This document shows, one piece after another, positions 51,106-59,763 of a DNA stretch of 64,000 nt. The DNA is from Clostridia bacterium. GTDB lineage: Bacteria; Bacillota; Clostridia; Oscillospirales; CAG-272. The translations under genes and the position numbers were made by a program. Positions within the stretch are counted from its first letter, which is position 1. Each line of letters starts with the position of its first letter. The stretch spans positions 26,299-90,298 of the forward strand of contig JAGBCV010000016.1 of assembly GCA_017937845.1 (NCBI GenBank), given 5' to 3'. The notes beneath the pieces are model-generated. The model ran no database searches. It worked only from the letters and a program-made list of their open reading frames with translations, and had not been told where the DNA came from.

Positions 51106-51276
51106 TCACCTCCGGGCAAATGCGCGGACGATGCCGAACAGACCGACGAAGACAACGCCAACGATGGCGGCACTCGCGAGCCATTGGAAGTCGATTCCTT
51201 GGAAGTGGGAGCCTTCGACAGCGATAGGTTCCCACTCGCCGATTATTTCAATCAATAATTGTTTGATGTTGGTCAT
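51106..51276 (-). CDS. small single-TM protein (minor coat candidate), 56 aa
   Basis: ATGA overlap with upstream gene; ...IDFQWLASAAIVGVVFVGLFGIVRAFARR. Confidence 0.65.
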   Translation of the reverse strand: MTNIKQLLIEIIGEWEPIAVEGSHFQGIDFQWLASAAIVGVVFVGLFGIVRAFARR

Positions 51277-51542
51277 GATTTGTTAGCATTGGCGAACGCG
51301 ATCACGTCAGCAAGGCGCATAACTTCTTGCACGTTCTTTTTGAAATCCATGGAGAGGATAACTTCCTCTTTTTCGTTAAGCTTCGGGTCATTTGCGAGGG
51401 GATAATATTTCTTGGCGGTTTCTGTTCCCATACCTTCTTCCGCAGGGAACGGAGAAGCGAAATGATATTCTTTCGCGCGGACAGGCTTGCCATCCTTTTC
51501 ATAATCGATAAATCTGCAACCGCATACTTTCCATAATCTCAT
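51273..51542 (-). CDS. putative ssDNA-binding protein (pV-like)
   Basis: ~89 aa, beta-rich with aromatic/basic hairpin (IDYEKDGKPVR); sits before the small coat genes; GGAGG RBS. Confidence 0.55.
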   Translation of the reverse strand: MRLWKVCGCRFIDYEKDGKPVRAKEYHFASPFPAEEGMGTETAKKYYPLANDPKLNEKEEVILSMDFKKNVQEVMRLADVIAFANANKS

Positions 51543-51756
51543 TTTTTCTTTTACCTCCATTTTTTATTTTTTATCGGTAATTCTAAAATAACACAAATAC
51601 ATTCAAATGTAAATATGATGTTTTGAATCGAAACACGATGTTTTGAATCAAAACCATAATGAATGTATTTTTATTCTTGGATTCAAAAATATTTATACAA
51701 CATTCTCGCCTGCAGAGCGCTGATCACGCCTACCTGCAGGTGATTTCGAGGAATAA

Positions 51757-51789
51757 AAATGCACTCGACCCGAAAGTCAAGTGCTTTTT
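51757..51789 (-). terminator. intrinsic terminator
   Basis: Minus strand GCACTTGAC-TTTCGG-GTCGAGTGC-ATTTTT. Confidence 0.65.
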
Positions 51790-51790
51790 A

Positions 51791-51931
51791 TCAAAGTCGG
51801 TAAATTAAATAACAAAAAATACCTAAAACAAGAGCGAAAGACATTGTACTTGATATCAAATCAAGCATTCTAGTTCCAAGACCAGAAAGAGGCATTTGCC
51901 ACCATGACAAATTACTTATAATTTCATTCAT
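51791..51931 (-). CDS. small single-TM protein, 46 aa
   Basis: AGGAG RBS; MNEIISNLSWWQMPLSGLGTRMLDLISSTMSFALVLGIFCYLIYRL. Confidence 0.6.
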   Translation of the reverse strand: MNEIISNLSWWQMPLSGLGTRMLDLISSTMSFALVLGIFCYLIYRL

Positions 51932-51943
51932 TTAAATTTCTCC

Positions 51944-52810
51944 TTAACCATGTAAAACCTTAAAAACAACCAATGCCGCTACAATAGAGAAAAAAACCCC
52001 CCATTGAACAATTATATTCGACGCAATAGCTTGAGGGAGCCAAGAAACATAAGCTCTAATATCAATAGCGGAAACAACATCATCAAAAATGCTTTGAAAT
52101 CTCTGAATCATATTACCTTCATAGTCATAAAAACCTTGAATGTGGATTTCCGAACAGTAATAATACATATTAGCGTCAGCAAAATCATCCCAGTCATTCG
52201 AGCTTTCGTAAATCAACATAACAGAGGGGTCATTATACCATCCACTCCCAATTTGTCGAGTAAACATAATCGGATTGGATAAATCTTTTTGAAGCGAATA
52301 CATTTTCTCAAACATATCAAGCCAGTCCTCTATTTGCTTATATGCCTCCCAAGTAAAAGCATAACGCAAAAGTCCAAATCTAGCATTTTCGCCACGTATG
52401 TATAGAGACATCAAAGAACGTACCGCTTCAATCATATCAAACTCAGCACTCAAACTTGCTTTTTGAACAATCATGGAACGCCAAGATTGAATATTTTCAA
52501 TCGTAATATAATCACGTCCAACGTCAGAATTATAAAGCAAAACAGCCAAAAAAGAATCCAAATTATCGGTAAAAACAACTTCGGGATCCTGTCCATCATC
52601 ATTTTTATCATACAAAGAATATTTTTGATAATATCCGTCATATTCTTCAAAGTCTTTCCAAGAAGAATCATTTTCACAGTAAACATAAATAAGCCCATTC
52701 AAAGAAACTTGAAATTCGTCATTCGCAGCCGACACTGTTACTGGTAAAAACAACATTACCACAAACATCGCTATCACAAACACACTAAATATACGTTTGA
52801 TACAAAACAC
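51944..52810 (-). CDS. exported protein with C-terminal TM anchor (minor virion protein candidate)
   Basis: Signal peptide ending VSA; C-terminal WLP...WGVFFSIVAALVVFKVLHG. Confidence 0.7.
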   Translation of the reverse strand: MFCIKRIFSVFVIAMFVVMLFLPVTVSAANDEFQVSLNGLIYVYCENDSSWKDFEEYDGYYQKYSLYDKNDDGQDPEVVFTDNLDSFLAVLLYNSDVGRDYITIENIQSWRSMIVQKASLSAEFDMIEAVRSLMSLYIRGENARFGLLRYAFTWEAYKQIEDWLDMFEKMYSLQKDLSNPIMFTRQIGSGWYNDPSVMLIYESSNDWDDFADANMYYYCSEIHIQGFYDYEGNMIQRFQSIFDDVVSAIDIRAYVSWLPQAIASNIIVQWGVFFSIVAALVVFKVLHG

Positions 52811-52815
52811 TTCCT

Positions 52816-54669
52816 TTATTTATTACGTCTTTTGATTATATCGCCACTATGTTTATTTCGATAAACGACTTCCCAACGGGATTCTTTTTTCGCCGAAGAA
52901 GCATCACGTTCTTCACGTTTGCCATAATGATTACCGCCCCGAGTACTAAACACAGCGCCCGAAGGGATTACAATAATGCAGATGAGCGGTATAATAATAG
53001 TTATCACGAAACTCGTACAGAGAAACATCCAAAGTGATATGCCTAATATTTGAATTGAATCAAGCATATCAACAAGATCATCCATAATCACGCCCATTGC
53101 GTAAAAAGCGCCGAACTTATCATGTTCAAACTTGGAATAATAAGCCAAAGACTCTGACTCAATTTTACCATACTTGTTTTCAACTGTCAAGGTATAATTA
53201 TAAAGTCCGCCATCACTCAAATTTATCTCATAAATATCCGGTCTAAGGGCATACGTACCGGATATGATATTTTCAACAATGGTTCTTCCATTCTGCTGAA
53301 TAGACCCGACTGCTCTTGTACCGCTAAACTTATAATGAAGCAAGTTTTCCTCAAGGTAAAATTCTTCAATGACTGGCGCAGCTGCCGTCCAAAAGATGCC
53401 GTTGGAACGTTCCGAAGACGTTGTATAGCGGTCGTAGGTGACGAAGGCTTGTACGAAGATAGTAACCTCTCCCACTTTGTCAACCACGTCATACGGCGCA
53501 AACTCGAAAATTCCATGCGGTATGCTTCTGATCTGCTCCGTTCCATCGGGATATTTGATGATAGCGCGATAGTAGGCATCCTCATCAACGGAACTGAATT
53601 TGATGGTATCGCTCGTTTCATCGTAACGGATAACAGGCGCAAGAAGCGCTTTTTCATAAACGTAGACGGAATAAACGTGCGTGTCGGTCACAAAATTGTT
53701 GAGTTCAATTTCAAACGGCAAAGAACCCTCGGGAATATACGCGCTGTTATGCTCGAGCATGGCATCTGATATGTAACTGTTACATTCGAGCGGAAATGTG
53801 AAAAACGGTTCTTCATGACCGACGACCCAAAGCGCCGTCTTGGTGAACTCCAAAAGCGTCCCCGATGGCAAAGAAAACTCCTCGATACACATATTCATAT
53901 CTTTGTCGGGGTAATACAGTTCGAGCAAAACTTCATCGTTGTCAACGTCGCCGTTTCCAAGATAATTGTATACGCTGAAATAGCTTGCAGTACCGTCAAG
54001 CTCGAACTCATACGGCAGGGAGAACGTCGGAACTGTCGCGGAGTAATATTCGCGCACGGTATCACCTATGGCGAGAGAATCGCACGCTGGATACGTTACA
54101 AGCTCATTGCCGTTGGCAAAGATACCGAACGGCTCGACCGTTATTAGATCACCGACCGCAAGCGTGAACGAGCTTTGAACCATCGCCCCGGTGCTATCGG
54201 GATACGAGAGATTGAAATACCACGTTTCGGCGTTATCGTCTATGATAGGATCGTAAACGATAACGTAGAGAGATTCAGAGCTGATTATAGCCGGGAGCGT
54301 TCCACTGGTGGACGGATTGACGCTGTCAGACGAACCATTCAAGACAGACCAATCGGTCGTGTATCTGCGATACGTCTGACCGAACGAGCAGACGATCTGA
54401 CCGTCAAACACAACGTAATTTGCATTGATGGTAATATCCTTATAAGCTTCTCCATCATCCGTTACGGGGTCGATTTGGAATGAATATGTAGCCCATGAAC
54501 CATCACCTGCGGGATAATATACGTCATAAGTTTGTAAATCGATCGCGTGAACCTTGACCGCTGATATACCACAAGCGACGAGGATCGCCACGAGCGCACC
54601 AAGCAAAATCAGTATAATATTACTGTTCTTCGGTTTTTGAAGCATTGTTTTCACCTTCCTTTTCTTCAA
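52816..54669 (-). CDS. pIII-like attachment protein candidate with internal repeats
   Basis: Signal peptide (VHA), three ~90-aa repeats, two FN3/Ig-like modules, TM helix, basic tail; start uncertain. Confidence 0.65.
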   Translation of the reverse strand: MKKRKVKTMLQKPKNSNIILILLGALVAILVACGISAVKVHAIDLQTYDVYYPAGDGSWATYSFQIDPVTDDGEAYKDITINANYVVFDGQIVCSFGQTYRRYTTDWSVLNGSSDSVNPSTSGTLPAIISSESLYVIVYDPIIDDNAETWYFNLSYPDSTGAMVQSSFTLAVGDLITVEPFGIFANGNELVTYPACDSLAIGDTVREYYSATVPTFSLPYEFELDGTASYFSVYNYLGNGDVDNDEVLLELYYPDKDMNMCIEEFSLPSGTLLEFTKTALWVVGHEEPFFTFPLECNSYISDAMLEHNSAYIPEGSLPFEIELNNFVTDTHVYSVYVYEKALLAPVIRYDETSDTIKFSSVDEDAYYRAIIKYPDGTEQIRSIPHGIFEFAPYDVVDKVGEVTIFVQAFVTYDRYTTSSERSNGIFWTAAAPVIEEFYLEENLLHYKFSGTRAVGSIQQNGRTIVENIISGTYALRPDIYEINLSDGGLYNYTLTVENKYGKIESESLAYYSKFEHDKFGAFYAMGVIMDDLVDMLDSIQILGISLWMFLCTSFVITIIIPLICIIVIPSGAVFSTRGGNHYGKREERDASSAKKESRWEVVYRNKHSGDIIKRRNK

Positions 54670-54802
54670 CAGGTTCGCTCAGACACGGAAGCTGATTGAC
54701 ATGATTTTCGAGCTTTATAATGCGCTTAATCACATCAATGTAATTAAACGTAAGCGTTACCAAGGAAATACCCATCATGATAGATGCAATGATATCCAAC
54801 AT
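54620..54802 (-). CDS. small membrane protein
   Basis: GGAGG RBS, N-terminal TM. Confidence 0.6.
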   Translation of the reverse strand: MLDIIASIMMGISLVTLTFNYIDVIKRIIKLENHVNQLPCLSEPVEEKEGENNASKTEEQ

Positions 54803-55132
54803 TTATTTCACCTCCTCCACAAGCTCAATATATTTCTCATAGGTCATAGGCAGACCATCCGTGCCGAGCATGACGGTAAGACCACCTTTATAAGAACCAA
54901 CGTGCCATACATATAAAACATCTGTTACAGTATCTCTGTAAATATGAAACCCTGCACCGGCATTGGCAACCGAGACAAAACAACCACCAAACTTCGCATT
55001 ATTTATAGCAGCGATTTCCTGCTCAGCTTGAATCGATGAGTACGTAGCTTCATACGTTTCCTTATATTCAGAACAGGAAACTAACGAAAGAACCGTTATA
55101 AGCGCAAGAAAAATTAAAAGAACACGTTTCAT
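54803..55132 (-). CDS. lipoprotein, DUF6440-like
   Basis: Lipobox LVSC; DTVTDVLY...GGLTVMLGTDGLP. Confidence 0.65.
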   Translation of the reverse strand: MKRVLLIFLALITVLSLVSCSEYKETYEATYSSIQAEQEIAAINNAKFGGCFVSVANAGAGFHIYRDTVTDVLYVWHVGSYKGGLTVMLGTDGLPMTYEKYIELVEEVK

Positions 55133-55145
55133 TTTTATACCTCCA

Positions 55146-55550
55146 TCAAATCGAAAGCACGAACTTCAAGATATTCATTTGCACATGATTCAAAGCGCAG
55201 AGATCATGCTCAGGAAAGCCTTCGCCAAAGTCTTCGTAACATTCGCCACAGAAAAGAACGTCGCCGACAATAACCGCATCTAAATCAATACCGGAATAGA
55301 TATTCCACGCGAGAGGATTGACAGTCTTGCACTTGAGCAATCCCGATTCATCCACGAGCATCACGATGTTATATTTGCGGAATAGCACAGGATATACACA
55401 CTCGTAACAATCGCAGTTGATTGCTTTATGTACGAAATCATTGAATTTTTCGTCGGTGCAGTCAAAAAGCTCGCCGTTGGTATTATCGATTTCTTGAAGC
55501 TCGCCGTTGATTTTCAAAAGTAAGTATTTTCCGTAAAAGTGTTTATTCAT
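55146..55550 (-). CDS. DUF3846-like protein
   Basis: VDESGLLK...NPLA and IVGDVLF pattern; GGAGG RBS. Confidence 0.65.
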   Translation of the reverse strand: MNKHFYGKYLLLKINGELQEIDNTNGELFDCTDEKFNDFVHKAINCDCYECVYPVLFRKYNIVMLVDESGLLKCKTVNPLAWNIYSGIDLDAVIVGDVLFCGECYEDFGEGFPEHDLCALNHVQMNILKFVLSI

Positions 55551-55564
55551 GTCAAATCCTCCAA

Positions 55565-55813
55565 TCAATATCCATGTAAATCATGATCTGCGCAAGAACC
55601 CGAAACGATAGCACCGCAAACGGAACAAATACCATATGCATCTGCTTCAGCTCGACAATCATGAGCATCTGCTTGTTCGCCATCCCAATTGTTAACCATG
55701 CGATATTCATCTCGGCTCAAAGTCTTACGATAATCAGAGCTACCGTTTTCAAACATCTCTTTATTCCAACATTCCCAAAGATAATTTTGACGTTTAACAC
55801 TTATTATTTTCAT
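55565..55813 (-). CDS. hypothetical protein with C-terminal Cys/His cluster
   Basis: HDC...CSVCG...C.DH; RBS upstream of ATG 55813. Confidence 0.55.
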   Translation of the reverse strand: MKIISVKRQNYLWECWNKEMFENGSSDYRKTLSRDEYRMVNNWDGEQADAHDCRAEADAYGICSVCGAIVSGSCADHDLHGY

Positions 55814-57524
55814 TTTCCTTTTCCTCTTTACTTTCTTCATTTACTATAATTTCTCCCGTGACATGGTTCAACATTACGCCGAACTGACCGTTAAATACTT
55901 CTGTTTTATCAAGGACTTCCGCGGCGTGATTGATAAATTCATTCACGTTTTCTTTCGATTGCAACGAAGCGAGCAATCCTCTGTCTTGTCGTGCTTTTCG
56001 TCGGCGTAATTCTGCATATCCGTTATCGAAAAATTCAAATTGGGTACCGTCATCTTTGGGAGCAAACCCATAAAAATCGTTATCATTCAAATAACACAAC
56101 ACGTCTGATATATCTTCATGAAACGATCTTGCATCAACCGAACGTCGGCGCAGAATTTGCAAATGTGCGACGGAATTTTTGATTTTCCGTACAGTTTTCT
56201 TAATATCCGCGCCGATATCACGTTGACGGGTAAGAAGATCGTCGGAATCCACTCCCTCAATCTCACAGCTACGAATACGTTTCCACCAATCGAGATATTC
56301 AATTTCTTCCGTATCGGGGTTTTTGGGATTCTTGCGGTCCTTAACGAACGCTACCGTTTCCGTTGTCAAATATTCTTGGATACGTGCGCGAAGCGCGATC
56401 GTGGCATAAATCGGACGGAGCTGAGGCTCATCTTGGTACTCTTTGGGAATATGACATTCCCAATCCGCTACGTCACGCGCGATCTCGTTATAGAATTTTC
56501 GTTTTGTTTGAAACTCGATATTGAAAACAACGGTGTTTTTCGGAAGAACTCCGCGGAGTTCTTTTTCCAATTTTTCGTTATTATCGGAATCGATGTGATA
56601 TTTTTTCATCAAATCACGGAAACGTTCCTTCAGATCATCGTCATGACCGTATTCCAAATACCACGCCATACGACCGACGAGAATCCCCGTAGCGAACGAA
56701 GCACGTTCATAGGCGTATCGATAAACGTATCGGTCGTACTCAGAGATCAGACCGAGCTTATACCAACGCTCGATGAAATACGCTTTGCGACTTACTTGCA
56801 CTACTTCACGCCCTTTATCATAAGCACGAAAAAAAATACAGTTTGATCTACGATTACCAGCTGAAAAAGTTTCGATATTAATATCTTCACCAATTTCAAA
56901 ATATTTGTTTGCTTTACGAAAAACAGATTTGAAATGATGATTAAGTTGCTTATCGTTAAAATAGCGATTTGCATCTTGAATCAAATTCGTATGGTAGGCA
57001 TAGTCTACTCGGTTGATACCGACCTGCCACGCCGCGAGCTTATACTCGGAAAGAATCTTACCAACGTATTCAAACGAACGCTTGACCGCTTCATATGAAC
57101 CCCACTGAATCAAAGCGCGGGTACGAAGCTGAACCACGATGCGCGGCGTCTCTGACGTCGGTATGCTTTTGGCGATAAAGATATCAAACATTTCGGGCAG
57201 GGAAAGATGATATGCGTACAAGCTGAAGCCTGTCGGCTCGACCGCAAGCCCCATGAAATCAAGCTCGGCGTTCCAATCCTTGCGAACCTTGTCGCGGAGC
57301 AGGTCAAGGTCTATGACCAGTTTGTTGATATTAGGATTTCTATATCCTTGATCTTCAGCCGGGTCTTTTGCTTCCGGGCGGTCGCCCATAAGGCGAACGG
57401 AATAGTATAGGGTATCTATGTGGGAACGAACGCAATGTGCATTGATATCAAAATATTGAGTACGTTCTTCTTGAGTAAATTCGGCAAAAATTTGAGATGA
57501 CGCCGCGGATTTTGGAATACTCAT
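55794..57524 (-). CDS. rolling-circle replication initiator, Rep_trans family
   Basis: IDTLYYS, NRVDYAYH, TFSAGNRRSN..FRAYDKGRE (catalytic Tyr), NIEFQ. Confidence 0.75.
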   Translation of the reverse strand: MSIPKSAASSQIFAEFTQEERTQYFDINAHCVRSHIDTLYYSVRLMGDRPEAKDPAEDQGYRNPNINKLVIDLDLLRDKVRKDWNAELDFMGLAVEPTGFSLYAYHLSLPEMFDIFIAKSIPTSETPRIVVQLRTRALIQWGSYEAVKRSFEYVGKILSEYKLAAWQVGINRVDYAYHTNLIQDANRYFNDKQLNHHFKSVFRKANKYFEIGEDINIETFSAGNRRSNCIFFRAYDKGREVVQVSRKAYFIERWYKLGLISEYDRYVYRYAYERASFATGILVGRMAWYLEYGHDDDLKERFRDLMKKYHIDSDNNEKLEKELRGVLPKNTVVFNIEFQTKRKFYNEIARDVADWECHIPKEYQDEPQLRPIYATIALRARIQEYLTTETVAFVKDRKNPKNPDTEEIEYLDWWKRIRSCEIEGVDSDDLLTRQRDIGADIKKTVRKIKNSVAHLQILRRRSVDARSFHEDISDVLCYLNDNDFYGFAPKDDGTQFEFFDNGYAELRRRKARQDRGLLASLQSKENVNEFINHAAEVLDKTEVFNGQFGVMLNHVTGEIIVNEESKEEKENENNKC

Positions 57525-57619
57525 TCTTATCTCTCTTTCCTTAGAATTTAAGTGACTTTCGCACCTCAAAAAAAGTTAGTTTTTCTTAGGCGGGTGCTGG
57601 TTTTTTATGTTATTATGTG

Positions 57620-57663
57620 GGGGGCGTGTTACAGGTCTGCCCCCGACCGGATTTTCACCGGTC
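57620..57663 (-). promoter_or_regulatory. putative double-strand origin hairpins
   Basis: Minus strand GGGGGC-AGACCTGTAACAC-GCCCCC with adjacent GACCGG/CCGGTC hairpin, just upstream of rep. Confidence 0.5.
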
Positions 57664-57727
57664 TTTTTTTGTTTTTAGCGCGGAAAATGAAAGGTCATCT
57701 TCCGTCGAAAAAAGCGCCGACGTCGTC

Positions 57728-58054
57728 TTACGGGAGAAGCTCGTCCATCACCGGGCGAACGGTCAGATCCAAGACGAACACAGGCGATATATTGAAGCGC
57801 GAAAAAGGGAAGCCAAGGAACGACGGGTTCAGACGTTTGTTGGGATAAAGCGTGAACACGTCTTTATATTTGTTATAAAATCCACGAAAAACCGAAATCC
57901 ACGTTGGCGGCATATAGTCATTGAAGACCTCACTTGCGCGAATCATGTAGCAGGTTTCACCGTTTTTCCAAGGAATCTTTTCCGTGATTTCAAAGCGAAT
58001 TTTACCCGAATGACCATCGGGGGAGGTGTAAGGAAAACCAAAGTATTCACGCAT
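57728..58054 (-). CDS. hypothetical protein
   Basis: GGAGG RBS; overlaps upstream gene in the operon. Confidence 0.6.
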   Translation of the reverse strand: MREYFGFPYTSPDGHSGKIRFEITEKIPWKNGETCYMIRASEVFNDYMPPTWISVFRGFYNKYKDVFTLYPNKRLNPSFLGFPFSRFNISPVFVLDLTVRPVMDELLP

Positions 58055-58274
58055 CGGGAATCACCTCCAGGGAGGATGCAGGAACGTACACTGTGCGAAG
58101 AACAAAAGGACCGAATTGGTGCGGTTCAGAAAATGTGATTTTATAGCAATAGAACACGCCAGGGATATAGTCTGCAACAAGGACAGCTTCACCAATTACA
58201 CGTTCATTGTCGGCGATTGGCACAAGAACACGAGCGCAGGAGCCAACAGGAATGTATTTTGTATCACCAGTCAT
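58047..58274 (-). CDS. hypothetical protein
   Basis: GAGG RBS; operon packing. Confidence 0.6.
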   Translation of the reverse strand: MTGDTKYIPVGSCARVLVPIADNERVIGEAVLVADYIPGVFYCYKITFSEPHQFGPFVLRTVYVPASSLEVIPDA

Positions 58275-58283
58275 ATTATCACC

Positions 58284-58502
58284 TCAATCCATCACCCATT
58301 CACGCATATCATCGATTGAAAGACACTCAGAGGGACAGACGGAACAACCGAGCTGAAAGATAGCGCTGTTCAGAGCTTCCAAAACGTCGTCGGAACGGCT
58401 ATAAACCTTCGTATTGTCCGAAAGCGCATCATACAGGTCAAACATGGATTCCAAGGTTTCGATTGCTTTCTTAAAGTAGTCATCATAATTTTTGATTTTC
58501 AT
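58284..58502 (-). CDS. hypothetical protein
   Basis: GGAGG RBS; ATGA overlap. Confidence 0.6.
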   Translation of the reverse strand: MKIKNYDDYFKKAIETLESMFDLYDALSDNTKVYSRSDDVLEALNSAIFQLGCSVCPSECLSIDDMREWVMD

Positions 58503-58726
58503 CTTCTCTTTCCTCCTCCGATGCTGTTACGGCTCAGAGCCAAGGCATAACGCGCTTTGGAAATGCCAACGGGAGGGATATCCTCACCGGCGAAAAGCTT
58601 TCGTGTGGCTTCCCATGTGCGACCGATGCGACGGCTCAGCTCGCTCACTGTCAAAAATTTGTCATTGCCGAAGACTTCGGCAGCTTCCTCAAGCTCGAGG
58701 CGATAAAGTTCTGTTTCGCGTGCCAT
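58499..58726 (-). CDS. HTH protein, excisionase-like
   Basis: FLTVSELSRRIGRT...TRKLF; AAGGAGG RBS. Confidence 0.55.
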   Translation of the reverse strand: MARETELYRLELEEAAEVFGNDKFLTVSELSRRIGRTWEATRKLFAGEDIPPVGISKARYALALSRNSIGGGKRR

Positions 58727-58736
58727 AATAACCTCC

Positions 58737-58931
58737 TTACGCTTCATCTAAGAACAGATCAGCGACTGTGCAACGCAAGACACTCGCAAAAAGCAACGCC
58801 GTATAAACGTCGGGCGTATAATGACCGCTCTCATAGAGGGATACGGACGAACGCGAAAGGTTCATTTGATTAGCAAGGTCTTTTTGTGTCATTTTGTTTT
58901 TTTCTCTGTAATCTTTTATTCCGTTTTCCAT
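58737..58931 (-). CDS. XRE-family HTH regulator
   Basis: MTQKDLANQMNLSRSSVSLYESG..P. Confidence 0.88.
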   Translation of the reverse strand: MENGIKDYREKNKMTQKDLANQMNLSRSSVSLYESGHYTPDVYTALLFASVLRCTVADLFLDEA

Positions 58932-58958
58932 TTTTTCCTCCTTGCTGTATTTTGATTT

Positions 58959-59186
58959 TTAGGAAACGACTTCTTTTTCGTCTTTCAAAAGCTCGTCGAC
59001 GGTGCAACCGAGGACGGATGCGATTTTAATAAGTTTTTCTACCGAAGGATTTTTATGACCGTTTACAATTTTGGAAACCATCATTTCAGAAACACCAATC
59101 GCATGTGCGAGTTCTTTCTGAGAGATTTTCTTGTCATACATAATCATCATAACGTTTCTTCCAATTAGCATCTTTTCAACCTCCAT
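58959..59186 (-). CDS. Cro-like XRE HTH regulator
   Basis: ISQKELAHAIGVSEMMVSKIVNG.KNPS. Confidence 0.88.
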   Translation of the reverse strand: MEVEKMLIGRNVMMIMYDKKISQKELAHAIGVSEMMVSKIVNGHKNPSVEKLIKIASVLGCTVDELLKDEKEVVS

Positions 59187-59189
59187 ATA

Positions 59190-59274
59190 TTGACTTTTTC
59201 TTTATTTTCATGTTATAATGGTTTAGTAATAAACTAAGTGATTATATTATAACTTAAAACACTTAAAAAGTCAA
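59190..59274. promoter_or_regulatory. face-to-face promoter pair (genetic switch)
   Basis: Plus TTGACT(59190)-18-TATAAT(59214) with extended TG; minus TTGACT(59274)-17-TATAAT(59251). Confidence 0.65.
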
Positions 59275-59358
59275 TAAAGAATCACAAAATATTTTAAGTT
59301 TGTGAATTTCTTACAAATAAAGTGTTTTCAGTTCTTGCAGTTTTTACGGGAGGAAAAT

Positions 59359-59742
59359 ATGTTTAAGAAAAATTTTATCAGACTTTGCACATTAAAAGAT
59401 GAATCTCCAACATCCGTATGCAAGAAAATCGGTATTACGGCTGCCGCTTTTTCACAATGGAACGACAACACAATACCTCGAAAAATTACACAACAAAAAA
59501 TTGCGGATTATTTTGGAATAACAGTTGAAGAACTATTATCAGAAGATGATACTGCTATATCGTTCAATGTAAACAATGGAATTATTGGTAATGAAAACAA
59601 AAATAACGTTGTATCTGTCAGTATAGATTCTTCTTCCAACATTGGAGAATTTGAAAAAGAAATTCTGCACGTATGCAAAAGATTAGATACAAAAAAGAAA
59701 CACGCCCTTTTGACGAAGGCGTATGAATTACTAAACGAATGA
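59359..59742 (+). CDS. CI-like XRE repressor
   Basis: SPTSVCKKIGITAAAFSQW...P...QKIADYFGITVEELL; GGAGG RBS; divergent from cro-like genes. Confidence 0.85.
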   Translation: MFKKNFIRLCTLKDESPTSVCKKIGITAAAFSQWNDNTIPRKITQQKIADYFGITVEELLSEDDTAISFNVNNGIIGNENKNNVVSVSIDSSSNIGEFEKEILHVCKRLDTKKKHALLTKAYELLNE

Positions 59743-59763
59743 ACCTCAAGGAGATAAATTGAC

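Noticed and set aside
49972-54669. Diversity-generating retroelement or invertible shufflon acting on the surface genes
   Set aside because: No reverse transcriptase, template/variable repeat pair or invertase sites were seen.
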